DNA of 61,319 bases, counting the filler, from Hausera hauseri (taxonomy: Eukaryota), in assembly GCA_046269625.1 (NCBI GenBank). It is 10 parts of 10 records of this genome, joined end to end, with 100 filler letters (N's around TTAATTAATTAA, not from the genome) between each part and the next. Parts side by side here need not be neighbours in the genome. Positions count along the whole stretch, not along the records: positions 10,637 to 17,153 come from JBJURY010091876.1; positions 17,254 to 21,573 come from JBJURY010637219.1; positions 21,674 to 28,441 come from JBJURY010067439.1; 7 more parts are not named here. The stretch is one strand, 5' to 3'. Numbering within the stretch: the stretch's first letter is position 1; each line of letters starts with the position of its first letter. Below the pieces are notes generated by a model. It made no database searches and was not told the origin of the DNA. It saw only the letters and a program-made list of their open reading frames with translations. The position numbers and the translations under genes were made by a program. Of this stretch, positions 11,907-23,016 are shown piece after piece.

Positions 11907-13091
11907 GTGGCGTAGTGAAAACTATGAAGACCAAAATAGACGGAAAGAAAAAAGCGCTAAACGAAAAAGTGTATGTGTCAGTTGGTCTTAGTGTGGAAAA
12001 GACGTTGGGTGCCTTCTACTGATTTTTCCCTGCTATACTTGCTAAATGTGGCTCTGCGTGTTTTGTTTGTATGCGATGCGTTTGCTTGCAGAGTTTGAAG
12101 TTGGGGAAAAATATTGTCGGATTTTGTTGTAAGTGATGTTTCGTGCGAAGATGAGTCAGAATAAAGAGGAGAAGAAGGTGAAGGAGGAAGAGAGGTTGTT
12201 AGAGACAGACGGTTAAAGGTGTTAAAGAGAGTGTTAGAAGACGAAGGAATGAAAAAAGGTGTAGTGGCGGATAAAGGAAGAGAGATGAATATTGGAGTAG
12301 AAGTTGGAATTGTATTAGGCGAAAGAGTGGAAGTGGAAGATGAAACAGAGGTAGTGGTAGAGAGAGGAAAAGAGATCGGGATGAAAATAAAGGGAAGAGG
12401 AAGTTGCGAAGCGGAAATGAAAGGGATGAAAGACGATGTATGAGGAGAAAGGGAGAAAGAACGCGCTGAAGGTGAGGAAGGTGTGGAAGGAGAAAGAGAG
12501 AGAGAAGACGGCGAAGAGGGGCAAAGAGGAAAAGAGCAAGAAGATGGAGAAGGCGAAGGAAAGTAGTTGGAAGGTGGTATTTAAGAGTCTGGAATGATGC
12601 AAGGGTAGATGGAGTGATTGGTGAAGTCGAAGTGGTGTTTGGCGGAGGATGTCTTGAAAAAGGAGAAAGCAAATTGTCAGCAGGGGATGGAGGAAGTGTT
12701 AAAAGGCTTGAGGGTGCAAAATCGGGTGGGAAAAAAGGGGATGAATTGTCAGAAAAAATTGAAGTAGAAGTCTTGGAAGAAAACTTAGGGGAAAGTGGGT
12801 TACAGAATTGAGCAGAGATGGAAGGCGAATTTTTGGATTGCTGTGCGTCGTGTAAAGATGTTGATGGAGAAGTGGTTTCAATGGGAGACGTATCGTCAAT
12901 GAAGAAAGCCGGCTTATCGTTGTTGATGTGGACTGTTACTTTGTCGTCCTTGAGAATGATGATGTTGTGAGAGTGTAAACTTATTACTTTGTAAGGGCCA
13001 ACATACTGAGGTTGAAAACCACACGGTGTCTGATTCTTTAGCCGTAGGTTGTTGCTTTTGCTAGAACTTGCCATGTGTCTTAGCAGCGAAA

Positions 13092-14330
13092 TCAGTTTTT
13101 TGTAGCTGGTGAGTTTGGCCTGCTATTTTGTAAGTTTGTAGTGTTGATTTTATTGTGCGTGTTGTAGTTACAGCCAGTTAGGCATTTTTGTGCTATTGTT
13201 CCAAATTTTTCGTGATAGATGCAAACGATGTTGCTTGTATTAAAATCGGGGGAGTAAAATTTACAACCGATGCAGCATTTCGGAGCATTGTTACCAAATT
13301 TGTTGTTATAGTAACAAATAGACGACCGCACGGGCGAAGGCGACCGTCTTTGTTGTTGATGAAAGACATTAGGGGAAGCAGCCCTAGAAAAACCTCGTCG
13401 AGGCAGCGTTAACTCATTTAATTTCTCGTTTATGTTATTAATTGTTCTTTGCAAAATATCACTGTCTGAGCGTAATTGCGCAATTTGTTGCTGCAGCAAT
13501 GCATTTTGTTGTTGGTGGTTTGTTGTTAATGCCTCAGAGATAGTTGGTGCCCTGTGAGTGTAGCACATTATAAGCTTTTTCTGCCAGTTCGGATAACTTT
13601 TCCACTGCCGTGGAGTCTTCGACCACAGTGAGCAAAGCTTCTATTTGAAGGGGCAATGCGTTTGAAAAGTAACGGCAAAGAAGTTCTGGACTATGCTCAG
13701 ACGTTACGCCAAGGGTATTGAGGTGAGACAAAGATGTGAGCAAGAATACAGAAGGCTTCTGAAGGCCCATGGCGTTGTTATTTAAAAACCTTTGAATGAC
13801 AGAGTCGATTGACGGCTCAGTGAGCTTAAGAACGGCATTATAAAGTTAAGCATATGGATCGGTGTGGTTAAGGATGTCGATAATGTTTGTCATTTTGGTT
13901 TTGATAAAAGCAGGTAAATTAAAAAACAGGCTGTTGGCTTTGGATAAGGGGTCGACGACGTTTTGTGATTGTAGCCAGAACTGGTGCAGTTTTAGCCATG
14001 TTTGGCTAGAATTTTGGCTGTCGAGAAAATATTCTGTGCAGAGCGAATGAGCAGGGAGTGTGTGCTGTGTCTGAGTGTTTTAAGCAGTTTGTTTGGGTAA
14101 GTAAGTGATGGATATTGGTGGTTTCGTGGGGTTGTTCGTGGTATCAATAATTGGTGATGAATCCATGCCACCGCGGATGCGGAAGTGTATGTGAAGATAG
14201 ATATAGGATAAAGAAAATTGCAGGGTTCCAACGATGGGTACCGTGGAGTCGAAGTATGTGAGGTAAAGTCAGGTGAGCGAATTAAATTGGAGATGGCGTT
14301 GTAGTGTCTAAGTGTGTTACTGCGTCCGTA
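13092..14330 (-). pseudogene. gag: Frameshifted gag of the CsRn1-like element
   Basis: ORFs 13992-14333, 13534-13770 and 13092-13568 join into one Gag with a coiled coil and two tandem Cys/His knuckles. Confidence 0.75.
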
Positions 14331-14499
14331 CAAATATGTTGATTATTTAAAAAAACGAAAAGGAGATATAGAGAGGTCGTGTAGTCGGGGGCGTGTCGCG
14401 GGGCGGAAACAAACGGTGCCGTCTGATCCAATGGTATAGGGTGGGCGGACGGCGCTTCCGCCTCGCCGCGCCGAATCCTAAACTTCGGGTGACCGAATT

Positions 14500-15670
14500 C
14501 CCCTCAAGCAATGTTACTTCATAAGTATTTTTACTTTGTGCGTATTTTGCCATATTTCCCATTTTAGAACCGTTTTTCGGACTGGGTGGGGACTTCTTTG
14601 GTTGTTGTTTGCGCGGGGCGAATAACTCCTTGCCTCTCAGTAGCGTTTGTTTGTCAGCCATCCAAGGTAATGATGCCTTCAGTAGGGTAAATATTTGGTA
14701 AAAGCAATAACGATCATATCTTTGGTATTTCTATTGGGGGCCACATGGATTGTGAGTGACGTTTTGTTATGGGTTATTTCTAATGTTTATAAACCGATGT
14801 CAACAATGCAGCTGTTTGTTAATGCCGTATACTTCAACATATCGCGGCACCTTACTGGAATAAGTAGAATTGATACTGATGCATATACTAGCGATTACTG
14901 AGTCCGGACACTGGTTGCTAATGACCATAGCTACTGGGTTTTTGCAAACAACCGTGATACTCTGTTCCTGATTGGTCGTGCGACTATAAAGTACATCGCG
15001 TGAGTACAATTCGAACAGGCGATTTCCACTGAACGAAACGTTGTTCGTCTGTTCACACTGCTCGAAAGAATCCATAGCAATATGACCACATAATGGATCA
15101 TCAAGAAAAACGCTATGCTGAGTCTTGTGCTGCTTTTGTTGACCCTCAATGCTTGTAGTTGGACCATATGTAATTTGATTTGACACAGGTGCGCAACCCA
15201 AGCAATGATATAAATATGAATCTCTGAGTGGGTCGCGTAGCCAGTGCAGTCCATCAAAAGTAACGGTGGGTAGAGAAGTGATAAACCGGGTGCGTTTATT
15301 GTAGAAAGGCGCTATAGGTACTGTAGCAGTGTGACTACCTCTATTACTGATTGTGCGACATAGAAAAGTGATAGCATTTGTAACGTTGGTAAGACTGGCT
15401 ACCGATATGTCAAGCATGTCGAGTGATACTGGTTAGGTACCATTGTGTTTTTCCATTATCGGAAAGGCAAATTTGTTTGGTTCAACAGCTAAGTAAAATA
15501 GTATGTTGTGGTGTGCGCAAACGGTCGTCAGTAAACCTGGTTGAGGAGAACAGATGCCTATCCGCTTAGAGTCAGCTGAGGGTTGTTGCAAGTTATATTG
15601 AAAAAGTAGTTGGTATCAACGTACAGACCAATAGCATCCATTTCTGAAAGGGAACGGAACGTATATCCGT
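14500..15670 (-). pseudogene. Decayed Cys-rich, N-glycosylation-rich ORF, possibly an env-like ectodomain
   Basis: 205-aa ORF 14800-15417 plus flanking broken frames; intronless; many Cys and NxS/T sites (NIT, NGT, NVT, NVS, NST). No TM recognised. Confidence 0.35.
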
Positions 15671-15785
15671 TATTACTATTATGAGAATTTTTACAATTTG
15701 AAATTGATAAAAATACCAACATTACCTTGCTGAAAAGTTTCATATCCGATTGCGACAAAATAAGTACATAGATTTTCTGACACCA

Positions 15786-16055
15786 TTAATAATTCACAAT
15801 TTTCGGTAGAAGGTTTATTCGAGGAGAATGCACGGACCATCCAAAATCCACCAATTTCAGATTGTAATCATACCCAATGAGCAAATTTCCAGGTTTTACG
15901 TCGCGATGTATAACGCCTTTTGAATGACAATACCCGAGTGCTTCACATAGAGTAGCCGATATCTGACCGTACCGCGCATACTCAGGAACCAGATAAACTC
16001 GATTATCATCGTCAAACCAAGCATATATTTGTAAAATATTCTGATGGGATAGTTT
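15786..16055 (-). pseudogene. Aurora kinase fragment (not in the ORF track)
   Basis: [85 protein letters not shown] is an Aurora signature. About 20 aa are missing between YGQI and SATL, and similarity ends after WSVHSP. Confidence 0.85.
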
Positions 16056-17153
16056 GAGCAGAAAACCTCAAGGTTGAACAAAAAAGAAATTTAAGTGTTG
16101 ACTAAACTGTTGGTGATTGGTAGAACGTAGTCGACAATAAATCACTGGACCGGCTTTAAAATATACATCGCTGAACTTTGAGTTGTTGTATTTGTCAATC
16201 GTTGTTTTATAATGATTGTCCCAAACACTGTCATCGTCATTGTTAATCAACGATGTCCAATATTTCCCTTTAAGATCATTCAATTCTGTTGCCAACCGAG
16301 GAATGCCAGAAAAATATCTTTGATAAAAAGAAACTAAATTATTTGAGTTGAAAACAACTATTAAGAGATCCAATACTGGACTATTAAAACTCTTCTGAAA
16401 TCATCTAGAAAGACTGGAATAGCTGACATCAGCAACTTGATATTGATAGTGGGATTTGATGGTCCTTAATAATGAAGCAATTTCTTTATTTTTGTCTGAA
16501 GACATGTTGTTTCAGGTGACACTACTAGTTCAAAAAGCAGCAGTTGGTTACATAATTTATTTTCAAAGACTCCCGTGGTGTGGAAAATTCCACTGTATTT
16601 TCATTTTCTGTATCATTAACTTCCGAGCATTTTTTATTTGCATCGACATTTTCATTGATGGTCAAATAATTATTCGATGTTACGTTCACTGATTTTGTGT
16701 CTGATAACTCAATAGTTTCCTCGATCTTATTGCAACTATCCGACGTTTGTTCAAGATTACAATGTGTCCCGCTGCTATTACTTTCTGAATAAAATTCTGG
16801 ATTATTTTTTATTATAGTTATGTTTTGTTCTAATGATTAAACCACTGAATTCTTTGACCCCTTTGATNNNNNNNNNNAATGAAAACAACATTTGACATTT
16901 CATTATTTGAAGTTTCTACAATGTTAATATTCTCTTCGGTTGGACTATTTACTTTCGAAAGATCCCGTTTGAACAATTCATTTGACGAATGGTAATCGTC
17001 GACAAAGTTACGTTTCTCATCAGTTGTTGCTGAACGATTAGCTCGATCTTCAGAGATGATCAGAACTTTAGCGGATTCATGAAAATCTATATCAGAATTT
17101 GTCGAAATGGAATATGACGAGCATTTGTACAAATTATTTTCGTGGCGCTGAAA

Positions 17154-17253
17154 NNNNNNNNNNNNNNNNNNNNNNNNNNNNNNNNNNNNNNNNNNNNTTA
17201 ATTAATTAANNNNNNNNNNNNNNNNNNNNNNNNNNNNNNNNNNNNNNNNNNNN
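17154..17253. other. Artificial contig linker
   Basis: N44-TTAATTAATTAA-N44. Confidence 0.99.
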
Positions 17254-20200
17254 CTATTTTATGGCACTTAAACACAATTTTTGGCAATTAACTGAAAAGT
17301 CGCAACTAACATGGGAACGAACGTTGATAGTCCAATGATTGATAAAATTGGAAAGGTCGTTAATCCAGTTGGTCTTTTTGAAGTGATTGGAGTAGTGATT
17401 TCGTTGTCTATATTTTCGTCTAGATGTGGTTCTGCACGGATTTCGTCTAGAGCGCGTAAGGCGGATGTCTTGTTTTGTTTATCCTTTGCGTATATTTGTA
17501 TTACATAATCCGACTGCGGTTTTAGTAAGTTACATTCTGTCTGATAACTATTTTTAAACAATGTCACAATTGGGTTATGGTACAACGTCCTGCAGCTTAT
17601 TTTCTTCCACCGAGAACACAATTTTATACTGCTGGATCAAGTATTTAATAGGTATACTTTCTATTTCTCTTTTAGGCATTTTCTCTGAAATGATGGATTC
17701 CGTGACAGTACTCACCTGAGTAGTTGGTTTCCTCGTTGTTGCTTCAAGTGAAATTTCCCATATCTGATCTTCCGGATAGTATCTTCCAGAGAAAATACTT
17801 GATTCATTAGGTAGGAGTCTATAAAAGTTGAAATATATTTTATACTCATAACTTATCGGTATTTTACAACGTGGATTCGGTACTGTGGACCCAATGCCAC
17901 AATATTCTGGTAGGGGAGCTAATTCATTTGACTTACTAAATCGAACTGAGATTGCTCGGTCGTCCGGCAACATCCCTCTAGTTTTTATCTGGACACATCT
18001 CTTTTTCTTATTCTTCGAAATTCTGAGTATGTTCTCGTCTAACATTCGTTTGGATCGGTTGATTGGATCATTTCATCAAATTTCTCTTTCAAACGTCGAT
18101 CAATCGAAGGTATAATTAATTGAAATTGTGGGTCCACTTCGGCATAGACTTCATTTGATTCCGGCAAATACAAACGGTAAGTGAAAATATGAGTGTCCGT
18201 AGTTTACGTCATAGCACCTGGTTCGAAATCACAATTGATTATCGCTTTCCTTGTTTTATCATGTAGTACTACCTGAAATATTCCAAAATCACGATGTGGT
18301 TTTGTGTTCTAAATGCAACAGTTTCGGGTGTAAAGTAGTAGGCCTTCGTTGTTTGTAATAACTTGGTGTAATCTTGTTCCATGATTTGTTCGGCGGTCAA
18401 TTTCTTTTCATTTATTACCTTTTTTCGTCTTAATCCGCTTTTACGAATTCCATATACGTCTCTTAGCGTAGTTTCGTCATCCTACTACTGGGTCTTAGTT
18501 TTTGGTATGTAGGAAACAATTAATGATAACGCTAATATTATCTGTACGTAAGATATTGGTCTGGCAATTATGGAAGAAGTTTTCGTTTCTCTTTTGTTTC
18601 GATTCTGGTTTTCGTTTTTCGATCGCAAATTATAACCTTTATTCGGTTTTATTTCCGTTTTGACAACTTTGAACTGAACTGACACAACCTCTTCTTTTCC
18701 ATTTTTGTTAATATAAACCGTAGTCGGGGTGGTTCTGGTAATTTCGTACGGTCCTCTTCCAATACGGGACAACTTTAACGATGTGCCTTTTTTGGCTACT
18801 GGGTAGTGTATGTAAATCCAATTTCCTTGTTCCACGTCGAGTGGTTTCGCTTTCTTATCATACTGCTTTTTAAATTGTCCTTGATATTCTTGGGATAATT
18901 CTTTAGCAATTTCCCAACACTTCCGTAACTGTGTATGTAACACTTGCAAAATTTTGTTCCAAATCTTCAGGATTAATCGTATATGGCGTCATTCCTAAAC
19001 CTGTCAATAATATGGCTTTTCGTCCATACATCATGAAAAATGGTGTAAATCCGGTTGCGGGGTGTGGTGTCGTATTAATAGCAAATTGAGTTCTTTCTAG
19101 AAATTCGTCCCAAATTTTTGATCTTTTGCGACTACTATTGATAGAATATGTATAACGGCTGCGTTCATACGTTCCACAATTCCGCTACACTGGGTATGAT
19201 ATGCGGTCGTAGTTAATCGTTCGATCTCGAATATTTTGGTAATTTTATCAAATAACTCGTTCGAAAAGTTTCTTCCTCAATCGGTCATGATCTCATTGGG
19301 CGGTTCGTACCTGCAGATAACTTTTCTTACTACGACGTCGGCTAAAGTCTCGGCCTTTTGATCGACCAGTGCTATTAACTCCACTCTGAATTAGTCGATT
19401 ATACAGGTCAGAATGTTATTCCTGTAGGACATAGGTAGGGGTCCTACAATAATCACTGACAGCTTGCACGGGTCTATCTGGTACGTTTATTGGTTTTAAT
19501 TTAGTTCTTCACCTTTTTCTGTTTGGTTGCACACACTTCAAAATCACTTACCAAATTTTTCACATCAGTGTAAATACTGGGCCAATAATATTTATTCACT
19601 ATTTTTCTAGCGTCTTTTCCAAGACATGCCCAGCTAAGTATGAATCGTGTTCTGCCATCAAAACTTCTACTTATAATACTTTTGGGATGACTACGAGTTT
19701 TCGTCCTTTACGCTCGTAATATAAAATATTTTCGTGACTCTTATCACTCGAAACACAGTATTTATGCCTGTATCACTGTAAGTGTTTTCTTAGCTGGTGT
19801 CCTTTTGGAATTACGTTTTTTTCAGCATATTCTATAACCTGCTGGATGACTCAACCCTTTATCTGTTCCGCTGAAATTTTAATTGCCTTATTCAATGTTA
19901 AAGCCCGTGGCAGTCTACTAACTCTTCGAGTTGACTCTTCTTCATCACAGAAATTGCACTCATCTTAGTTTTTAATCTCGATAATGCATTAGCGTCAACG
20001 TGTTTATTTCCAGGCTTCGATGTTATAACGCCAGATTTCTTCGATTCATCGATTGAGTCTACATGTTGGGTTGTTTGCTCTATTCTTTAAAGTCGTGAGT
20101 GATTTATGATCGGTAACGATTATGATTTTTTGTCCGTAAACATAAGCGTTAAAATTTCTTAATGCTTCCTTTACCGCTAATTTTTCTAATTCTGTAACTG

Positions 20201-21573
20201 AAATTTTTTTACCACTTTCTTTAATGAACGTCCTCCACAAGCGATTCGGTGGTCTAACTAAACCCATATCTTCTGAGCCAATTTGTATCCCATACCTCCT
20301 TTAATGGTGTCGGTTTGATTATAAATGGCAGATGAAAATCAGGAATTCTTAAAACTGGTTCGCTTGTTAAAATTTGTTTCATTTCGTCGAAAGCTTTCTG
20401 TTCGACGTCTGTTCACTTCCACATGATTCCTTTCTTAAGTAGACGATATAACGATGCATTTATTTTCGAGTTAACTGGAACATAAGTGGCACAGTATCCA
20501 CACAATTCTAACCAATGTCTTAATTCTTTCTGGTTTTGTGGATCCATACAACCTGATATTTTATTTAACAATGATTTATCTTATCTCGATCCTCCGTTTC
20601 CAACTATATGTCCAAGGTAAGATACTGCGTTTTGAGCCCACTTTCATTTCTTAGGATTTAATTTCAATCATGCTTGCTCTAATAGCATGAGGATATCTTC
20701 AATATCCTTCAAGTGCTTTTCTTCCTTTCTCGATGCTATTATTACATCGTTTAAGCAGGCAAACGCACGATCCAGTCCCATTAACAATTTATTCATCATT
20801 CTTGTGAAAATAGCTGGTCCAGTTGTGGTACCGAACGGCATGACATTAAATTCCTATACACCATTGTGTCTTTCAACTTCGTTTTTTATCGGTCTTCATC
20901 TTCAACTGATTAGTAGTTCTTGATTATTTGTATGGGGTTCTAGGTTTCGAAAAGTTTGCATTTTTTGAGTTCGACCCTACTGTTGATTGGGTTTCTATAT
21001 TTTGAGGTAGTTTTGGAGAACATAATACTTTGTGGTCATCCACTGACTGTTGGCGACAAGGTGCAGAGTTTTCTCTATACTCTTGCCTTTTCCGTAAAAC
21101 TCCATAATGTTTCGTTCCTTCATAAGGGTTTTCGAAACTAAATGGCCTTCTATAGATTTCTGTTTTGTACGAACTCATTGATCGTTTGTCACAGTCTTCA
21201 TAGACTGGTGCAGTCTGAGGCAACATAGGTAGTGGTGGCTTTATAACACAATGCGTCTCGTGTCTGTTTATTCTGCAAATGGCATCTCCACCCTTAGGCT
21301 CGTCATCATCCGGATTGTTTTTCTCATTTTGGGGTTGAGGAATTTCCGTCCATATAAAAATAGGGGTTTTCTTCATTGTTTGCGATTACGATAGCCAATA
21401 TGTCGTTCTACATTAGATTTGGGCCTAATTTCTCCGTAAGTTTTCAGAAATTTTCCGAACGCTGTTATAATTGCAGTCAAAATTTTGTTTGAAAATCCCG
21501 TTAATATAAATATCTAATATCCGTTTATAAATGCTTGAATTACTACTTTGATGAACTGCACTATGAATTAGAT
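17254..21573 (-). mobile_element. Decayed Ty3/gypsy element, same family as 51309-56753: glycoprotein tail - linker - (PR and RT N-half deleted) - RT C-half - RNase H - integrase - membrane-protein ORF
   Basis: Collinear with contig 9 (FINGY.IFILTGFSNKILTAII, DDDEPKGGDA, PPLPMLP, FNVMPFG, SVTELEKLAVKEAL, TDHKSL, RGPYEI, GYNLRS); many stops and frameshifts. Confidence 0.9.
17268..18580 (-). pseudogene. Post-integrase type I membrane protein-like ORF with FN3-like motif
   Basis: Hydrophobic ISYVQIILALSLIVSYI in frame with integrase; Cys-containing ectodomain; Thr-rich linker; LLKPQSDYVIQIYAK (FN3 L-x-P-x-x-x-Y-x-x-x-V-x-A pattern); TM-like FPILSIIGLSTFVPMLVATFQLIA. Confidence 0.6.
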
Positions 21574-21673
21574 NNNNNNNNNNNNNNNNNNNNNNNNNNN
21601 NNNNNNNNNNNNNNNNNTTAATTAATTAANNNNNNNNNNNNNNNNNNNNNNNNNNNNNNNNNNNNNNNNNNNN
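21574..21673. other. Artificial contig linker
   Basis: N44-TTAATTAATTAA-N44. Confidence 0.99.
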
Positions 21674-22287
21674 ATGGAGTTATAGTTACAATGTCTGGTT
21701 CCAAAAACATTAAGGTCGGAAATATGGATTTTCATGATCACCTGTTCGAGTTATGTCTAACTACTCGGTTTTAAAGAAATAGAAAACAAAATCGAAGCTG
21801 GATTATTTTAAAATTTCCTATTTGAAGTAGAAAACACATCAAATTGATATAAAAAATATTTCTACACTTGATGCCAAATCACGAAAATTCGTGGTTTTTC
21901 ATAATTGTCATTTTTTGTCATTAATTGGCGCCAAAAAGTTCTAGGAATTAAGAGTGATTAGTCTCATGTCCTTCGTGATAAAAATAACTTGACTACGATA
22001 AAACACTTAATTTATTTACAGACAATTTATCAGATATTCGAGATGAAAATGAATGTTGACCATTGTGAGGAAGTAAAGAGAATGAGTGATAGTGATGCAT
22101 GATAAGACAGTGGCCTGAACATTCGGACAATTCCCCACATGATTTGCGTATTAATTGTGGATATGATGATTTGCCAAAAGAGAATATTCAACCTAATTTT
22201 GAAGGAAATTATGGAGTTATAGTTACAATGTCTGGTTCCAAAAACATTAAGGTCGGAAATATGGATTTTCATGATCACCTGTTCGAG
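21674..22287 (+). repeat. Exact 77-nt direct repeat (21674-21750 and 22211-22287), probably a duplicated exon end
   Basis: atggagttatagttac...cacctgttcgag occurs twice; followed by TTATGTC in copy 1 and the donor-like GTATGTC in copy 2. Confidence 0.9.
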
Positions 22288-23016
22288 GTATGTCATCATC
22301 AATCGAAAACAACTAAAATTTGGGAAAGCACAAGATTTCGAACGCTGTAAAATGGTTTATTGTTACTCCAAACTATCAAAAAATTCTTACGACTTATGGT
22401 GTTAATTGGTTGAACTTGAAAGGCTATTTGGACAGAATATTTGTCTACAGATCAAAGTCTACCTATTTCAACGTTCCTCAGACGATGTGTAGTTATTGTG
22501 ACGATGTGACCCATTGACATTTCAATAACAATGTAAACATGACACAATTATCATAAAGACGATTTAAATTTCAGTTGGTGCATGACCACGTTAAATGCAG
22601 CTTTCTGACTATGTAAACCTACCAAAGAATCATCAGAAGATGAAGACATCTCTCCATAGAGAAGACGTCTTCTAATACAAACATACAACTCTGCTAAAAT
22701 TATTAAATATAGCTTAGTCGTAAGAATGAATTGTACGAGGAAGACTCATTGACATGCCGTAAATAAATATGGCAGATATATCTGAACTTATGTCCCGCCC
22801 CCTCCATTCAACACGAATGCGCAGCAGTTTTCGCAAATTATAAAATCTTCCCTTCTATTTTTTCAAACAATATTTTACTAATACGTATTTGCTAAGTTAC
22901 CATCGTTTGTGCGCCGCCGATGATCTATTTCAATAAAAATTCACAACCGAATAATCAATGTATGTTATTTATTATACCGGAAAAAAGAAAGAATATTTAC
23001 AGTGATACACCAACAT

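Larger units (their letters stand above)
11795..14500 (-). mobile_element. Non-autonomous Ty3/gypsy element (CsRn1/Kabuki-like): gag, integrase C-terminus, PPT and 3' LTR start; pol core deleted
   Basis: Gag motifs MGLQKPS, YFSNALPLQIEALL, VEKLSELAEKAY and CYY.NKFG..A.KC...C, immediately followed by integrase tail FQPQYVGPYKVI..VHINNDKPAF. PPT GGGGGAGGGGTAA (11906-11894) precedes TGTGGTG at 11893. Confidence 0.8.

Noticed and set aside
12199-12602. Leu/Phe-rich apparent membrane protein at the end of ORF 12199-13074
   Set aside because: Out-of-frame reading of pyrimidine-rich low-complexity sequence after a probable frameshift.
14483-14500. Primer-binding site (minus strand tcggtcacccgaag)
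   Set aside because: Lacks a clean TGG start, I cannot match it to a tRNA 3' end, and no LTR precedes it.
15700-15745. Signal peptide MKLFSKVMLVFLSISNC for the Cys-rich ORF
   Set aside because: Contains AAG|GTAATG followed by AT-rich sequence, so it may be an unrelated exon-intron junction.
16068-17153. Host-like ORF fragments at the end of contig 2 (also 7814-8008 and 39700-40300)
   Set aside because: Coding-like, but I recognise no motif, so no product is assigned; a 10-N scaffold gap lies at 16868-16877.
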